Shown here: piece after piece, positions 1-10,370 of the stretch
Layout of the letters: each line of letters opens with the position of its first letter
Position numbering within the stretch: position 1 is the first letter of the stretch
Origin: Candidatus Tenderia sp.
Lineage (GTDB): Bacteria; Pseudomonadota; Gammaproteobacteria; Tenderiales; Tenderiaceae
Assembly: GCA_031416075.1 (NCBI GenBank)
Contig: JANOSY010000014.1
Coordinates: 32,001 to 96,000, forward strand
Length of the DNA: 64,000 bases
Reading direction: 5' to 3'
The notes under the pieces: model-generated
Told to the model about the DNA's origin: nothing
Database searches by the model: none
What the model saw: the letters and a program-made list of their open reading frames with translations, nothing else
Translations under genes and position numbers: made by a program

Positions 1-850
1 CGGGTAATCGTGTTGGATCATCACGTAGACTGGCCAAGGTTGGGAACATTACTTTGACGATCACAGAGCTGATTTGAAACAGTATGCTACCGGTGATACC
101 TGATGCCAGATTGTAATGGCCCAGTGCCGATGCGCTGAGCTGTTTGCCTAATATAAATGCATGCAGATTACGACCGATGCAGGAGATTAGACTGACACTG
201 AGCATCTTCCAGGAGAAATTTATCATCCCTTGTATGCTTTGCAATACAGGGGATCCTGTTGGTCGCCAGCGTGAAAAATAGAACAGCATGGCACCGGTAA
301 TAATATTGCCAATGGCAGGCTGTGATGCCAGTGCCCATACGCCTGTGCCAGCAACAGCCAGTGATATTGCGCCGATGGATGCAACAATACTTCCGATTAT
401 TTGAGCGATGGTGATTTCACGAAACTTCAAATCTTGTGTGAGTACAGCTTGAGGCACCACTAGCCCCGCACAAATGAGCATGTTGATGGCGAGTGGTATA
501 ACAAGGAAAATCACTTCCGGACGGCCGTAAAAACTGGCGAGCAGTGGACCACCCAGCATAAGTAGAGCGGCGATGAGCATGCCTATACCCATGGTCAGCC
601 AGAAACAAGTTGTCAGAGCGACCTGTGACTTCTCTTGACGTTGAATGATGGCCGCACCAAGCCCGAAGTCAGTTAATATTTGTGCAATCTCAGCAGCAGC
701 AAATGCCAATGCAAACAGGCCAAAATCATCAGGAAAAAGTGTGCGGGCAAGGATTATGTTGGTTGCAAAGGCAAGCACTTGCCGGAACATTTGCCCACTA
801 CCAAGCCATGCGGCTCCGCGGACAGCACGAGTGCCAACATTATCGTCCAT
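1..850 (-). CDS. Wzx-type polysaccharide flippase (partial, runs off window start)
   Basis: Not in the ORF track. Manual translation from ATG 850 gives MDDNVGTRAVRGAAWLGSGQMFRQVLAFATNIILARTLFPDDFGLFALA...DFGLGAAIIQR, the typical PST/WzxC N-terminus (LARxLxPxDFG), hydrophobic over the part translated. Confidence 0.85.
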   Translation of the reverse strand, partial: MDDNVGTRAVRGAAWLGSGQMFRQVLAFATNIILARTLFPDDFGLFALAFAAAEIAQILTDFGLGAAIIQRQEKSQVALTTCFWLTMGIGMLIAALLMLGGPLLASFYGRPEVIFLVIPLAINMLICAGLVVPQAVLTQDLKFREITIAQIIGSIVASIGAISLAVAGTGVWALASQPAIGNIITGAMLFYFSRWRPTGSPVLQSIQGMINFSWKMLSVSLISCIGRNLHAFILGKQLSASALGHYNLASGITGSILFQISSVIVKVMFPTLASLRDDPTRLP

Positions 851-910
851 GGTTAATGGGTGAACTCCATGGTTAATGGTGTAGTCAGGTTTTGCATGAG
901 AACATTGTAA

Positions 911-2119
911 TCATTTTGGTTTATGTTCGGTATGAATACGGTGAATAAGTTCATATAAATGGGTTGTTGTCTCTTGCCAGTCAAAATTATTGGCATACTC
1001 TCTCACCGCGCCTCTGTCAGGATAATGTTGGCGTAACGCCTGAATGCCAGAGGTTATGCCAGCTGCACTTCTATCACTAATTAATTGGCCGGCTGTTTCA
1101 TTGAGAACAACCTCGGGTGTGCCCGATACCGCAGTGGCGACCACAGGTGTACCACACGCCATCGACTCAAGTAATACATTGGCCCAGCCTTCACGGCTTG
1201 AGGCGAGCACCATGCAGTCTGCAGCACTATAGTAATCAGCTAGCTGCTCTTGTTTTATAGCACCGGTAAATATGACGCGCTCTTCTACTTGGTGAAATAT
1301 GGCTAATGCGCGCAGCTCTTTATCCATCGGGCCATCGCCAATCAATATCAGCTTGACGTCAGGCAGCTGCGTCAGTGCCTCAATGATAAAGTGGTGTCCT
1401 TTACGTTCTATAAAGTGGCCAACAGAGATAAGCGTGAATGAATTCAGTTTTAATTTGGCACGTATTTCATCACGATTGCGTGGGCTAAATCGCTCCAGAT
1501 CGACCCCGTTACGCATTACAAGGTTGTTATTTTGCATAACGCCTAGTTTTTTTATCTCTTCTGAGAGGTAGCGGCAAACGCTAATCACAGCAGAACACTG
1601 ATTGACAGCCCAGATGATCAACCGGCGTGGCAACCAATAATGAGGATATAGAGTGATGTCATTGCCACGTGCAGTAATGATGGAAGGGAGCTTGAGTATT
1701 TTTGAAAACAGTACCGCCACCACGCCATCAGGATAGATGAAATGTGCATCAATAAGATCAAAATTTTGTTGCTGTAATTTTTTCATCGTAGGCCAGAGTG
1801 ATAGAGCCATTAATAGTGGTGCCAGATTCATTCCAATCTTGGGTATAACAAGATAGCGTGGGTGATGAATAGTCATACCATGGCGTATTTCTCTTTTTGG
1901 GATGGCTGCGTAAACACCGTATTGGCCAAATATCTTATGTTTAATAGGAAACCATGGTATTGGCGCAATGACGGTAATCTCTACGGGATAGTTTTGTATA
2001 AGCTCTTTCATTCGTGTTTCCACAAATATGCCGTGGCGTTGCTGCTCTCGGTTGGGATATAGAGAGGTAAACGTAAGTACGCGAATTTTTTTAGATGGGT
2101 GACTTTCTGATAATGCCAT
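911..2119 (-). CDS. GT4 family glycosyltransferase (TuaC-like)
   Basis: DAHFIYPDG, RKGHHF and SREGWANVLLESMACG (EX7E) GT-B motifs. Confidence 0.9.
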   Translation of the reverse strand: MALSESHPSKKIRVLTFTSLYPNREQQRHGIFVETRMKELIQNYPVEITVIAPIPWFPIKHKIFGQYGVYAAIPKREIRHGMTIHHPRYLVIPKIGMNLAPLLMALSLWPTMKKLQQQNFDLIDAHFIYPDGVVAVLFSKILKLPSIITARGNDITLYPHYWLPRRLIIWAVNQCSAVISVCRYLSEEIKKLGVMQNNNLVMRNGVDLERFSPRNRDEIRAKLKLNSFTLISVGHFIERKGHHFIIEALTQLPDVKLILIGDGPMDKELRALAIFHQVEERVIFTGAIKQEQLADYYSAADCMVLASSREGWANVLLESMACGTPVVATAVSGTPEVVLNETAGQLISDRSAAGITSGIQALRQHYPDRGAVREYANNFDWQETTTHLYELIHRIHTEHKPK

Positions 2120-2894
2120 AATGATGCTTTTTGAAGAGATATAACAACCCTTTGAGATGACTAAAGAAAAAAGTGTTTAATTTTCTTCTGGAAATTTCCT
2201 GTGCATCGTGAATAATACAGACGGTTGGGTCATATACTATTCGGTACCCCTGTTTTTTGATGCGGATACAATAATCCACATCTTCTGGAGAATAAAATAT
2301 ATTTTCATCTAATACGCCTATTTTTTGAATTAAGTCACCTCGAAACAGCCAGAAGGCAGAGATTGCATAGTCGACATCTATGGGGTTAATTAACTCTTTC
2401 AGATGGCTGTTTTTTTCTTCTGTTTTTAGAAAGAAATAGCGCATAAATTTATTGGTGAGCGTGGGAAATGCATCAGTTGATTTCTGAAAACTCCCTGATG
2501 GATAAAGCACTTTAGGCACAATCATACCGATACCAGGATTGCTATTTAATACTTCGTATAGATGATCAACCGCATTGCTGTTTATATAGGCATCTGAATC
2601 AAGCACAAGCACATAACGGCTGCTGATTTGATTTAATGCGTGGTTTCTTGAGCGTGTAGTGCCGGTGTTTTCACTGAAGAATTTGAGCTTGATTATGTCG
2701 GGGTAACGTGATTGAAAGGCGTTGAGCTTCTCTGTGCTGCCATCCTTTGAGCCATTGTCGATGATATAGATGTCAAAAGAGTATCGACTGGTTGGAATCG
2801 CCTCAATGATTGAATTTATACACTTGTCTAGATAGCGGGCAGAGTTGTAACTGAGTATTACAACGCTGATATCGAGTGGGTTCTCTTTTGTCAT
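2091..2894 (-). CDS. GT2 family glycosyltransferase
   Basis: SVVILSYN, IIDNGSKDGS, LDSD (DXD), LDENIFYSPEDVDYC. Confidence 0.9.
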   Translation of the reverse strand: MTKENPLDISVVILSYNSARYLDKCINSIIEAIPTSRYSFDIYIIDNGSKDGSTEKLNAFQSRYPDIIKLKFFSENTGTTRSRNHALNQISSRYVLVLDSDAYINSNAVDHLYEVLNSNPGIGMIVPKVLYPSGSFQKSTDAFPTLTNKFMRYFFLKTEEKNSHLKELINPIDVDYAISAFWLFRGDLIQKIGVLDENIFYSPEDVDYCIRIKKQGYRIVYDPTVCIIHDAQEISRRKLNTFFFSHLKGLLYLFKKHHYGIIRKSPI

Positions 2895-2897
2895 GGC

Positions 2898-4706
2898 TTA
2901 ATGGTGCCTGGACTCTAACCACTCGTTCAGTACGGCAAGTATCCAAACCATGGTGCCGTAGTATGATGCTGAGTTTTTAGTTCTATGAATATCGATGATA
3001 TGGTCAATAAAGTCTGGTTTTATATAACGGCGCTTTTTAAGGTCAGCCAAGTTATCATATATATGTTCTTGCATAGCGGGTGATTTTTTTAGCCATTCAC
3101 CAAATGGCAAGCCAAAACCATGTTTGGTTTTATTGATGATCTGCTCAGGTAAAAACCCGGTAAGACACTCTTTATAAAAATAACGAAGACTTTGCCCTTT
3201 GAGCTTTAATGTTGAGGGTATTTTGGTGGATATATGGAGCAGTTCATCACTGAGCATCGGATAACGTACATTCATGCCGGCCATTGCGCAGGCGCGGTTC
3301 ACTTTTACCAGGTCGTTATCCGCGAGTGTCGATTTCCATTCCATGTAGAGCATGCGATTTAGCATGCTGGCATCGGTTGGCCTGTTATAGCTAAGCCGTT
3401 TTTCGTTAACCGGGTATTGTTGATCGATAGCGCTGAGAAAGTCTTTATGAAATATTTTCTCAGAGGAAAAGTAGTTAATGAAACTGTAGCGCTCCATTCT
3501 ATCGGGCATAGGGGTATTAGCCTGTTCAATGTAACTCTTGAGTTTGGCAAAGGGCTGGTATTTGTTGTAGGCCATATCATTTAATAACAACGGCTCGAAC
3601 AGATGTTTTCTGAGTAGATTGGGTACTTTTTTGTAGGGTTCGAAGAGATATTGTTTGGCATAACGGGCATTTCCAGCAAATAGTTCATCACCACCATCGC
3701 CTGCTAACAGAGTGGTGATTCCATCTTCCTTTGCTACCTTGGCGCATAGATAGGTAGGTATGGCCGATGAGTTACCAAATGGCTCATCGTATCCTCTGAC
3801 CACCGTAGAAAATGCTGCCGCCACATCATCAGGAGTTACGTAGTAACTTCTCAGGTTAATACCAAAATGTTTTGCGGCAATTTTTGCGTATTCAGTTTCG
3901 TCATAGCCGGACTCTTCAAAGCCCATGCTGTATGCACTGATTGTGCGGTCTGCATGTTGTGATAAGTAACCAGTGACCGTTGAACTATCAAGCCCCCCAC
4001 TAAGAAATGTCCCAGTGGTTGCGGAAATATCGTGTTTTATAACTGATTGATAGAGCGCTGCTCTCGTTTGTTCTTTTAATATCTCTAATGAGCTATGATT
4101 GGATTCATCAAAAGCGGGCATCCAATATAGTGATTTAGTCTGTGAACCACCGAAAAAATGCACTGATTGTGCGGGCTCAAGTTTGTATATGTTTTTATAA
4201 ATTGTCATCGGGCTTGATATGACATGTGAATCAATAAAATTAAAAATTGCTTGGTCGTTTATGACGGGTGTGGCCTGCATTGATGCGGTTAATAGCGTAA
4301 GCTGGTTTCCGATTATTATCTGTTCTGAATTTTGAGTATAAAAAATTTGTGCGGACGAAAATTTATCAGTACTGATTAAAACAGCACCAGATTTTTTGTT
4401 GAAGGCAACAAGAGACACCCCTTCAGAGATATCAGATAAGTTAATATTATTATAAATATATTCATCTAATATGATATTGGCAGCTTTCTGTCCAGATTCA
4501 CCTTTATAAAAGACTAGGTCATTGGATAGAATAACCACTGCATCGTTATTGTCCGCTATAAGAATAGGGTTAAGAAGCTGGTTATGATAGGCAATCCCGG
4601 CTCTTGAGTTTATGGGGGATATTGTTGGCGATAGTATGTTTTTACTATGAAGCGAATTCATTACAGTATTGTTATCAATATTGCACCAGAAAATGAACTT
4701 ATTCAT
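2898..4706 (-). CDS. Asparagine synthetase-like amidoligase with degenerate glutaminase domain
   Basis: FLSGGLDSS PP-loop, DEPFGNSS, LAGDGGDELFAG, KHGFGLP; no N-terminal MCG nucleophile. Confidence 0.85.
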   Translation of the reverse strand: MNKFIFWCNIDNNTVMNSLHSKNILSPTISPINSRAGIAYHNQLLNPILIADNNDAVVILSNDLVFYKGESGQKAANIILDEYIYNNINLSDISEGVSLVAFNKKSGAVLISTDKFSSAQIFYTQNSEQIIIGNQLTLLTASMQATPVINDQAIFNFIDSHVISSPMTIYKNIYKLEPAQSVHFFGGSQTKSLYWMPAFDESNHSSLEILKEQTRAALYQSVIKHDISATTGTFLSGGLDSSTVTGYLSQHADRTISAYSMGFEESGYDETEYAKIAAKHFGINLRSYYVTPDDVAAAFSTVVRGYDEPFGNSSAIPTYLCAKVAKEDGITTLLAGDGGDELFAGNARYAKQYLFEPYKKVPNLLRKHLFEPLLLNDMAYNKYQPFAKLKSYIEQANTPMPDRMERYSFINYFSSEKIFHKDFLSAIDQQYPVNEKRLSYNRPTDASMLNRMLYMEWKSTLADNDLVKVNRACAMAGMNVRYPMLSDELLHISTKIPSTLKLKGQSLRYFYKECLTGFLPEQIINKTKHGFGLPFGEWLKKSPAMQEHIYDNLADLKKRRYIKPDFIDHIIDIHRTKNSASYYGTMVWILAVLNEWLESRHH

Positions 4707-4755
4707 GACGTTACCATATGAGTACTATTGTAATCGGTCCTAATATTTATATATT

Positions 4756-5784
4756 TCATGGTAAGTATTTTACAATCTTAGGCCCGATGAAATTGGCTAT
4801 TTTTAATGGAAGTTTCTGCCAAAGTTGAATTGCCAGCCGGTATTTTGGATTATTTGGATTAAGGGCTGGTAGTGATTCATTATCAGCCTTCAACCAATAA
4901 TGCCAATACAGTTGTTTCTCACTGGCGCCCCACTGACGCTTGAACTTATACGTTCCGCTATCTCTGGAGCATCGGCCAAAGTCGAATGTGTGATAACCAT
5001 GGGTAATAGCGAGTCGAAGTGTGTCCCAGTAGAGTGCCATGTTAGCGCTGATGTGATTATATTCTTTAAGGGACGATGCCCAGGGAATCTCAAGAGTGCC
5101 GTTGAAACCAATTAAAAAAGCTGCGGCAATCGGTTGTTTCTGATGTTGTATAACAATAATATGGCTATTCTGTGCAAAGGTAGAGATGATCTCCCGGAAA
5201 AAACTAATTGGATAAACAGGTGTGCCGAGATCACGCATGTTTTTTGAGAATACACTATAAAAATCGCCAAGCAGTTCGATACCTCCGACAATGGTTTGAA
5301 CACCTTCTTTCAGGGGGCGTTTGATTTGAGCGCGTAACTTTGATGAAAATGATTTCCATAACATCTCTTCATTATCAGGAAGCTCAAGAAACATAGTTAT
5401 TTTATCGTGCTTGACGGGCAAGTTATCACGCTGTTGGCTGTCACGATACTCAATGTGGCTGACATTGAGTTTATTGCACATTATATTTGCGTATTCCATT
5501 AGAGAGTTTTCAATTTCTGGAGTATTACCAAGCGCACCGCCATAATTGAAGTATGGCATGGAGACAAAAAAATCACCAAAAAGGGGACTTTTCAGTCGTA
5601 TGAGTTGTAAAACGCCTATAATCTCCCCATTCTCAACGGCAGCTATTTGAATAGAATTGTGATTGAACACATTTTTTATTATCGTCACCCAGCATGATAA
5701 ATGATAGATGCCGCCAAGGGGCGATTTTCTGACATATTCATCCCAGGCACCTGTTTTTTGTTTTTCTATTGAGATGATATCCAT
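4756..5784 (-). CDS. FemAB-related protein, XrtA/PEP-CTERM system-associated
   Basis: SMPYFNYGG, NMRDLGTPVY, FDFGRCSRDSGTYKFKRQWGA, LNPNNPKY; matches the TIGR03019-type pattern. Confidence 0.85.
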   Translation of the reverse strand: MDIISIEKQKTGAWDEYVRKSPLGGIYHLSCWVTIIKNVFNHNSIQIAAVENGEIIGVLQLIRLKSPLFGDFFVSMPYFNYGGALGNTPEIENSLMEYANIMCNKLNVSHIEYRDSQQRDNLPVKHDKITMFLELPDNEEMLWKSFSSKLRAQIKRPLKEGVQTIVGGIELLGDFYSVFSKNMRDLGTPVYPISFFREIISTFAQNSHIIVIQHQKQPIAAAFLIGFNGTLEIPWASSLKEYNHISANMALYWDTLRLAITHGYHTFDFGRCSRDSGTYKFKRQWGASEKQLYWHYWLKADNESLPALNPNNPKYRLAIQLWQKLPLKIANFIGPKIVKYLP

Positions 5785-5793
5785 AGCGGTGAG

Positions 5794-6558
5794 TTACTGC
5801 TTTTGCTTCACGTTGGAGGAGCTGCCTTCATTGGTGTTTTTCCACACACCGGCATCAATTAATTGTTGTTTAAGTGAATTGAGCGGGTATTTCAGTGCGT
5901 ATGCCTTTTGTGCGTGAATTAAAGCATCGTTAGGGCGTTTCATGCGAAGCAGGAGCAGGCCAATGTTATAGTGAGACTCAGCATTTTCGGGATTAATATT
6001 GATAGCTTTTTTGTACTGAATCTCCGCTTCTTTGTACTTCCCTATACGATAGAGGTAAATTCCATGTAAAAGTGGAATGTGCTCCTGGTTAGGTCTGTAT
6101 CTCTCGGCGCGTTGTAAGTAGCATTCTGGCGGTGTAGAAAAGGGTTGAAAATTGTACTCACCTCTTTTGTTTGCTTTTAGCCGCTCTATTTCCAGTGTGA
6201 TAATGTCTCTTAATGCCAACACGTGATTTGGGAATGCCCTTAAGGTGTAGTCGTAATCGCCCCAAGCTAGATTGATTGTGATGGGATTAAGTCCGCCGCG
6301 TAATCTTTCTGCTGCTCTTCCATAGTGAATTTTATCAACTTCCCATAGCCTTGCATTGTCTACCAAAACCTTGTCTGTTGAATTGATAATATCAATGTAA
6401 TCATAAGGGCCGTGGGATTGTGCATTGCCGTCACACGTGATGCCGTCAATAGACATGCCAAACCAACCGATTGCCTCAGCATTTGTAGGCGCTATGAGGC
6501 ATATGCTCAAGCTAAATAGAGTGGTATAAATTCTTTTTATGTTTTTTTTAATGTTCAT
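5794..6558 (-). CDS. Exported tetratricopeptide repeat protein
   Basis: Signal-peptide-like N-terminus, GPYDY...DYTLRAFPNH, C-terminal TPRs (YKKAININPENAESHYNIGLL). Confidence 0.7.
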   Translation of the reverse strand: MNIKKNIKRIYTTLFSLSICLIAPTNAEAIGWFGMSIDGITCDGNAQSHGPYDYIDIINSTDKVLVDNARLWEVDKIHYGRAAERLRGGLNPITINLAWGDYDYTLRAFPNHVLALRDIITLEIERLKANKRGEYNFQPFSTPPECYLQRAERYRPNQEHIPLLHGIYLYRIGKYKEAEIQYKKAININPENAESHYNIGLLLLRMKRPNDALIHAQKAYALKYPLNSLKQQLIDAGVWKNTNEGSSSNVKQKQ

Positions 6559-7691
6559 ATGGTTTGTTTGGCACGTATTTTGGTTGACACGGTTAACAAT
6601 GAATTTTTTACGGCTTTTCGTAGTTTTGAGAAAATATAAATTAGATAGCCTTTTGAATGGGGGTTATATACGATCACTGTTTCATGTGGTCTTAATTTTT
6701 TTGTCCATGCCATCTTATGCGGCATTACATCACCTAAAAAATCAAATTCGATATAACCCTCTTGATAATATTGGCGTAATGCCTCTTCTATTATCATTGC
6801 CCCTGGTGATAGTTCCTGATAAGAGTTGTCGAATGATGTTTTAATTTGGCCAACATGGCCATTTACTTGATAACATAAATTATAAGCTATCGCAATCCCC
6901 TCGAATTTTAATACATTGGCGATGAGGAGATTGTGCTTGCTGAGGTAGGGGATGAGATGTTTGTAGTAAAGAGTTTCTATTGGGCGGCTGGTTATATCCA
7001 TGCTGTCTTGAACTTTCCAGCTACGTTGCTCAATGTGTAGTATGTCATTAATGAGATCATCATAATTATCGCCACCTCTAAACCAAATACTTTCCAGGGA
7101 GTGATTGTTGGCCAGCTCTTTTTCGCGTTTGTTGACTTTGTAACGGAATTTTTTCGGTTTTGAGGCGATAAGTTGTTCCCAATTATCTGATAAGTCCAGA
7201 TAAGGTGATGATTCGCTAAGGTATGTGGTTGATAATAAGCTGCTGGTTAATGCTTCATATGTCTTTCCACCTATCTGCAAATCTTTAAATAGGATGGCGT
7301 CCCACGAAGTTGTTTTTCTAAGGTGAGAAATGAATATTTCCATTGTCTCTTTTATGGTGAGTTGTGTAATCAGTTCTTGATGGTATGTAACAAGGTTGGT
7401 CGCTAACTCAATGCACTTTGCGGTTATTCCGGCAATATTTTTTTCTACGAAATAGTAGGGGATAACGCTAGCCACCTCGCTATCTTTATAAATAACAAAC
7501 ACTTTTATATCATCGCTGATACTGAATGCATCGCAGGCGCATTTTAACCATCCTAGAGAAAGTGATGGATTTATATTTTCATTTCTAATGATATTTGACC
7601 ATGCCGAATCCATGCTGATAACAGCATTTTTGAACGATATTTCTGATGTTTCGTATGGTTCTGAATGCGATGTCACAATCACTTCTACCAA
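6555..7691 (-). CDS. GNAT acyltransferase, CelD/BcsL (Acetyltransf_6)-like
   Basis: SPYLDL, KKFRY, IEQRSWK, KTSFDNSYQELSPG, FDFLGD..HKMAWT. Confidence 0.8.
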   Translation of the reverse strand: MVEVIVTSHSEPYETSEISFKNAVISMDSAWSNIIRNENINPSLSLGWLKCACDAFSISDDIKVFVIYKDSEVASVIPYYFVEKNIAGITAKCIELATNLVTYHQELITQLTIKETMEIFISHLRKTTSWDAILFKDLQIGGKTYEALTSSLLSTTYLSESSPYLDLSDNWEQLIASKPKKFRYKVNKREKELANNHSLESIWFRGGDNYDDLINDILHIEQRSWKVQDSMDITSRPIETLYYKHLIPYLSKHNLLIANVLKFEGIAIAYNLCYQVNGHVGQIKTSFDNSYQELSPGAMIIEEALRQYYQEGYIEFDFLGDVMPHKMAWTKKLRPHETVIVYNPHSKGYLIYIFSKLRKAVKNSLLTVSTKIRAKQTI

Positions 7692-7794
7692 TATGTAATT
7701 TTTATTGTTGAATGTATTGATTCGTTAACGCTCATATGGTGCCTTTTGATGCGGCGGTGAATAAACAATGGCTCTTTGAAAAATAATTCATCTT

Positions 7795-8904
7795 CTATCC
7801 TTTTGTATGGCGAAAAATACATTTTATAATATTTTTGGATCGCGTTGCACTGTATGCGATTCTAGACCTTATTTTTTTGTTAAATATGGTATAGCGCTTT
7901 TGAGTGTAAGTGCTAGTCGCCCATCTCATTTTCATGGGGTCTTTTACGCCAAGTAAATCGTAATATTTTATTCCATGTGCGCAGAGATATTTTGTTATTT
8001 CAAACTTTATAATGTTCCCTGGGCTATATTCTTTGTAGTCGCCAGAGAAACTTGATTTTAGACTTTCGAATACCCCATTGAATAAAATTCCGTAGCTGTA
8101 AGCAATAGGGATATCTTTATCAAAGATAACAAATCCCATTAGCCAGTTATTGATGGCTGCCATCTCTGTGAAATCGTTATAGAATTTTTCTTGAAGTTTA
8201 TTGGTTGTGATCGATGTTCCTGCTTGCTCTTTCCACGATTTTTTTTCTATATAGTGTATGTGTTCAATGAATTCATTGTGGTTTTCAATGGACTTGTATA
8301 TTTTTAAGTGAGTTTCTTTTTGAAGGTCAAATTTTTTTAGCCGGGAAATAACATTGTATCTAAATTTTTTGTCGAGTCTGCTGATAAAAGTTTCGTGAGA
8401 TTCGGGGAGATGAATATATGGAGATTCAATATATTCATCATTTGTATACGATAAGTTGTATTTTTCGAGTGTCTTATTGACATTTTCTTCGTGATAATTG
8501 TTTGATGTGACGCTAAAAGCCAAGGTATCCCATTGATCAGTATTGTTGTGTAAAAATTTTATAAAATTATCAAAATGGAGATATTCATTATCTGCCAGTA
8601 TCAATCCATTCCTTGAAGAATATATTTCTTGAATTTGTTCAATTGATTCTAATTTAATTATTTTTAAGTGAGTTTTAATTCTCTTGGAGTATGGAAAGAT
8701 AAATTTAATTTCGCAGTTCTTTTCGCTTGTAAATACGCCACTTTTATCGTGGAGTGAATGGCTTTTTATAATTGCGCTTGTCCATTCATAAGTGGATGAT
8801 ACCCCAGTGTTTTTTATGTGTGGATGGGCTGATGAGGCAATACTGTTCCATGTTTTTTTTATTTCTTCGCAATCGTGTATTGTTTTGATTTTTATTGTTG
8901 GCAT
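7795..8904 (-). CDS. GNAT acyltransferase, CelD/BcsL-like
   Basis: SPYIHLP, KKFRY, IEKKSWKEQAGTSI, KSSFSGDYKEYSPG, YDLLG..DPMKMRWA. Confidence 0.8.
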   Translation of the reverse strand: MPTIKIKTIHDCEEIKKTWNSIASSAHPHIKNTGVSSTYEWTSAIIKSHSLHDKSGVFTSEKNCEIKFIFPYSKRIKTHLKIIKLESIEQIQEIYSSRNGLILADNEYLHFDNFIKFLHNNTDQWDTLAFSVTSNNYHEENVNKTLEKYNLSYTNDEYIESPYIHLPESHETFISRLDKKFRYNVISRLKKFDLQKETHLKIYKSIENHNEFIEHIHYIEKKSWKEQAGTSITTNKLQEKFYNDFTEMAAINNWLMGFVIFDKDIPIAYSYGILFNGVFESLKSSFSGDYKEYSPGNIIKFEITKYLCAHGIKYYDLLGVKDPMKMRWATSTYTQKRYTIFNKKIRSRIAYSATRSKNIIKCIFRHTKG

Positions 8905-9104
8905 GGTGTTGGTGAATGCGTGTTGTTTATAAAAATTATTGTAGAATAACTATTTTCTTTTCTGTTGTGCCCGAGTTTTTTGGCTGAGTTTATTAGAGGG
9001 ATTTTGTTTGTTTTACGAATTATTTTAAAGATAATAGTCTGAATATGGTTGCAAGATAGCAGATTTTTGTTTTTTCCGGCCATATTTTCTAGGCGTATAG
9101 TCAT

Positions 9105-10370
9105 TTATGTTCTAGAGGCTTCGTTGCAAACTTCTGATAATAAATGTGCTGTGTTTCTTCGAGAATAGTTGTTAATGACGCATTGTTCCAAGGTTACTAT
9201 TGCTCCATTATTTATTGAAGTGATAAAGTCCTCTATATGTTTTTTTATTTCGTCGTGATCATCCAGGGCCGCAATGTGTTTCATGCCTAATTTTGCAAGT
9301 AATTTTGCAGTATCGCCATGGTGGTCTGCGAGAGCAAGAATGGGGCGTTTTGCGCGCAGATATTCATATAATTTTGCGGGGATGGCTGGATTTGATGTGT
9401 AGCCTTGAAATATTAATAACCCGTCAGTCAATAGCATCTCTTTGATTGCTTCGCTGTAGGGGATAGGTGGTTTGAATTCGATTATGTCTGCGATGTCTTT
9501 ATCGGCGACCATTTTTTTATAGTCATTCTCATGGCCGCATGCACGTAAGGTAATAACGAGGCTCTCTGAGCTAATCTTTCTTTCATGTTTTAGTTGTGAA
9601 ACGGCCTCAAAAAAATGGCTGGGGTCTCTGTCGCTGGTGTTGTATATCAGACCACTATGAAGTAGACGGATTTTTTTCTCTTGAACTTTTTCGGGGAGAT
9701 TTTTTTCGGCCTCTTGAAAGGTCTCTTCATCGAAACCGTTAGGTATAACATGCCACTGCGTATGGTTTTCTTTTGGGTAGCGTTTCATGCATATCTCTTT
9801 TGCCCCTTCGGTGCAAAAGATAACGCGTATGGCGTGTTTTACAACGCTCTCTTCGATGAATAGTCGGGCTTTTCTGACTAATTTGTTGCGGGGTGCCCAT
9901 TCGCCTGTTTTAGGGTCTTGCTCAATCATAGGGTCTCGGAAATCAGCTATCCATGGCACGCCTGTTATTTTGTGAAGGCAGTAGGCGATTAGGTGCGTGG
10001 TGGCGAGTGGGTAGGTTGACCAGATAAGTTCTGGTTTGTGGTGTTTAATTGCCCGTATTCCCGCAGGTATTGCTCCGATAATCCAACTAATCCATCGATC
10101 TGGAATGGCAAGTAATTGAGTGTGTCGACCTTTGATTGATAGGTGGCGGGCTGAGTCGAGGGCAAATGCCCTGATAGTTTCAACCTCTTTGGGTATCTCT
10201 GAGATAAGATCGTTCGATGTTTTTTCGTATGCTCGTGGATGGGCGCTTAATACAACTGGAAGCCATCCATCGTTGGGTAAATACTGGCTGAATCGTAGGG
10301 TCCGTTGTACACCACTGCTGCCTGCAAAGGGTGGGTAGTGGAAAGCGATCATTAGAATTTTTTTACTCAT
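9105..10370 (-). CDS. GT4 family glycosyltransferase
   Basis: ILMIAFHYPP..SSGVQR, WIADFRDP, IPNGFD, PAKLYEYL. Confidence 0.85.
   Translation of the reverse strand: MSKKILMIAFHYPPFAGSSGVQRTLRFSQYLPNDGWLPVVLSAHPRAYEKTSNDLISEIPKEVETIRAFALDSARHLSIKGRHTQLLAIPDRWISWIIGAIPAGIRAIKHHKPELIWSTYPLATTHLIAYCLHKITGVPWIADFRDPMIEQDPKTGEWAPRNKLVRKARLFIEESVVKHAIRVIFCTEGAKEICMKRYPKENHTQWHVIPNGFDEETFQEAEKNLPEKVQEKKIRLLHSGLIYNTSDRDPSHFFEAVSQLKHERKISSESLVITLRACGHENDYKKMVADKDIADIIEFKPPIPYSEAIKEMLLTDGLLIFQGYTSNPAIPAKLYEYLRAKRPILALADHHGDTAKLLAKLGMKHIAALDDHDEIKKHIEDFITSINNGAIVTLEQCVINNYSRRNTAHLLSEVCNEASRT

Noticed and set aside
8892-9104. 70-aa ORF between the GT4 and GNAT genes
   Set aside because: AT-rich and Lys/Asn/Ile-biased with no recognisable domain; cannot be supported as a gene.
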